Assembly: GCA_038087875.1 (NCBI GenBank)
Contig: CM075989.1
Coordinates: 22,880,001 to 22,944,000, forward strand
Direction: 5' to 3'
DNA length: 64,000 bases
DNA from: Malacoraja senta
Lineage: Eukaryota
Below are positions 61,541 to 64,000 of this stretch, piece by piece (position 1 is the stretch's first letter; the number at the start of each line of letters is the position of its first letter). Both the position numbers and the translations under genes were made by a program. Below the pieces are notes generated by a model. It saw nothing but the letters and a program-made list of their open reading frames with translations, had not been told where the DNA came from and did no database searches.

Positions 61541-63119
61541 CTTTCAAAACCAGGTCAAGGAAAGAGCGTTCACGTCGCGGCCCTGTTTCCACCAATCTTT
61601 CCACCACCACGCTCACGCACAAGACAGACACCATTGCATGCAGACGCCGAGAAGTGTGTTCAGCTCTGACTCTATAAGAAGATCTTTCAAAACAGGCAGT
61701 CGAACGCAACAAAGAAAATCAAATGCAAAAAGCAAAATGCTGGAGGAACTCATCACCTCTGGCAACATGTGGAGGGAAAGGAATTGTCAATGTTTCAGGT
61801 TGAAAACTTGCAGCAAAAACCACAGCGAACAGTCAGAGGTTTCAGTGAAGACAATCACAAAGCTTTATTGTTCCACAAACTCCAGGCAAAAGACGCGGAA
61901 ATATTCCGAAACTAATAGCCACAGTCTGAAGAAGGGTCTCGACCCAAAACGTCACCCATCCCTTCTCTCCAGAGATGCTGCCTGTCCCGCTGAGTTACTC
62001 CAGCTTAGTGCGTCTATCTAAGAGCCACAGGCTCTTTCAAAATGCAGTGAGTTGTGATGTTTGGAAAGCATTGCCTTAGACGCTGGTGGAAGAAGACCGA
62101 GCAGCATCTTCAAAAGAGAACTGGAGAATACTGATTGAGCAAACTACAGCACACTGGAGAACTCGCACAGAACTGGCGCCAGTCATATAACTTTGTCAAA
62201 GATGTAGTACAGTCTTATAAGTTGAATCACCTGATACTTCAAATCTTCATTTGTTGTGAAAAACAGCAGGATTTGGTTGAATGAAATGAAAAATGCTGTC
62301 GAGCTGCACACACTAAATATTTACACAACAAAAGCAGGTCAAGGAAAGAGCGTTCACGTCGCAGCCCTGTTTCCACCAATCTTTACACAACATATTGCTT
62401 CATTCACGACCCAAAACTTTCCTGTGTCAAACAAAAGGATTGATGTCAACCATCAGTCTCAAGAAGGGTCTCGACCCAAAACGTCTCTCCAGAGATGCTG
62501 CCTGTCCCGCTGAGTTACTCCAGCATTTTGTGTCTGATAGGATTGCTTTCTTAGTTTTAACATAGAAACATAGAAACATAGAAATTAGGTGCAGGAGTAG
62601 GCCATTCGGCCCTTCGAGCCTGCACCGCCATTCAATATGATCATGGCTGATCATCCAACTCAGTTTTAATGGGAGGCCAGGGAAAAAGAACAGATTTATT
62701 AGTTTGAATAACAAACCAACATATAAAACACAGCTGCTGCCTCACAGCGCCCGAGACCCGGGTTCGATCCTGACTACGGGTGCTGTCTGTACAGAGTTTT
62801 CACGTTCTCCCTCTGACCACGTGGGTTTTCTCTGGGTGCTCCGGTTTCCTCCCACACTCCAAAGATTCGTGTTTGTAGGTTAATTGGCTTCTGTAAGTCG
62901 TCCCTAGTGTGTATGATGCGAAAGTAGGAAAACAGTGTGAACGGATTATCGATGGTGGCCGAAGACTCGGTGAGTCAAAAGGCATGTTTCCATGTTTGTC
63001 TCTTCAGTTCTGGCCTTTTCCCACCTTCAGTTCCCCACCCTCTAATTCGCTGCAGAGAGTTTGATTTACACTTAGCACCTGAAACCAGCCTACAGATCTG
63101 AACATCAGGATGACACTAA

Positions 63120-63807
63120 AGCCCCTGTCCCACTTATGTGCCCTTGGCACGCTAATTACACGACCTCGTCGTCGCGTGGAGGTGCTACGGTCCCGCGAAG
63201 GTCAAGCGCGACTTAATTCGTACGCACAGCCGTCTGGAGCGCGTGACGTCATTTGAAGATGGACACAAAGCTGGAGTAACTCAGCGGGACCGGCAGCATC
63301 TCTGGAGAGAAGCAATGGGTGATGTTTCGGGTCGAGACCGTTCTTTCAGACTGAAGAAGGGTCTTGACCCAAAACATCATCCATTCCTTCTCTCCAGAGA
63401 TGCTGCCGGTCCCGCTGAGTTACTCCAGCATTTTGTGTCTATCTTCAATTTTCTTGGCCCCGCTCTGGGGAGTAGAAGCGGGGGCGGATCCGGATCCGCA
63501 ACGGCCGTGAGCCCCAGGCCGAGCTCGGCCATCGTTTGCCTGCTTCTGCTGCTGTTGGAGGTGAGACGTTGCGCTGCACCAGGGTCTTGTGCCTGTCCCA
63601 CTTTGGCCGTCAGTTACGCGACAGACCGTTGGCGCGCGAAGATTTCGTTCGCTACAAAATTTCGGAGCGCCGCGCCATACAACTACATACCCCTCCACGT
63701 TTCTCAGTGGGACCGGCCCCGCGCGGCCACACGATGCCCGTGCGCCTCAACGCAACCACGAGGTCGCGTAATTTGCGTGCCAAGGACACGTAAGTGGGAC
63801 AGGCCCT
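63120..63807. mobile_element. Large CpG-rich Harbinger-like MITE carrying a PLE hairpin (about 63255-63447)
   Basis: Long imperfect TIR agcccctgtcccacttatgtgcccttggcacgc / gcgtgccaaggacacgtaagtgggacaggccct, taa TSD. Confidence 0.82.
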
Positions 63808-64000
63808 TAACTCTTCATCAGCCATGGTCCGGGCGACACCGACTGACTTCTCCGACAGCCCAGATGTTTGTCAACCCATGCTGGGAGATTGACAGATGTG
63901 CAGGCGAAAGACCACAGGGTCAGAGGTCGCTTAGCAACACTGACCCCAGGGCAAGTTCAAAGCATCTCTGGATTGTTTCACGTTAAACTGATCACAAAAG

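Noticed and set aside
63243..63986. 247-aa plus-strand ORF
   Set aside because: Runs through a PLE hairpin and GC-rich MITE, with no domain signature.

Overview
AT-rich vertebrate genomic DNA, most likely from a cartilaginous fish (skate/ray-like, inferred from abundant HE1-type V-SINEs and CR1/HER1-like tails). The window is the interior of one minus-strand gene, MCTP2 (multiple C2 and transmembrane domain protein 2). I reconstructed 13 GT-AG coding exons between 49447 and 5641. Together they give 1451 nt that splice in one open frame, covering most of C2A, all of C2B and C2C, and the start of the membrane region. The 5' and 3' exons appear to lie outside the window. Almost every ORF in the supplied track is repeat-derived noise. 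The introns are a nested patchwork of tRNA-derived V-SINEs, CR1 3' ends, Rex/Babar fragments, one L1-Tx1 relic, Penelope-like element (PLE) pieces with hammerhead-ribozyme cores, PIF/Harbinger-like MITEs, a pogo/Tigger-like MITE and microsatellites. I see no new protein-coding system. The best leads are: (i) MITEs inserted independently at the same nucleotide of the SINE tRNA head; (ii) many PLE hairpin elements with hammerhead cores; (iii) a 717-nt intron that is mostly one ~280-bp-arm palindrome; (iv) a short unclassified sequence apparently copied locally with target-site-like duplications; (v) candidate conserved enhancers of the NR2F2 regulatory landscape. Repeat boundaries are approximate and read by eye, only representative repeat copies are listed, and family names come from recall rather than database searches.
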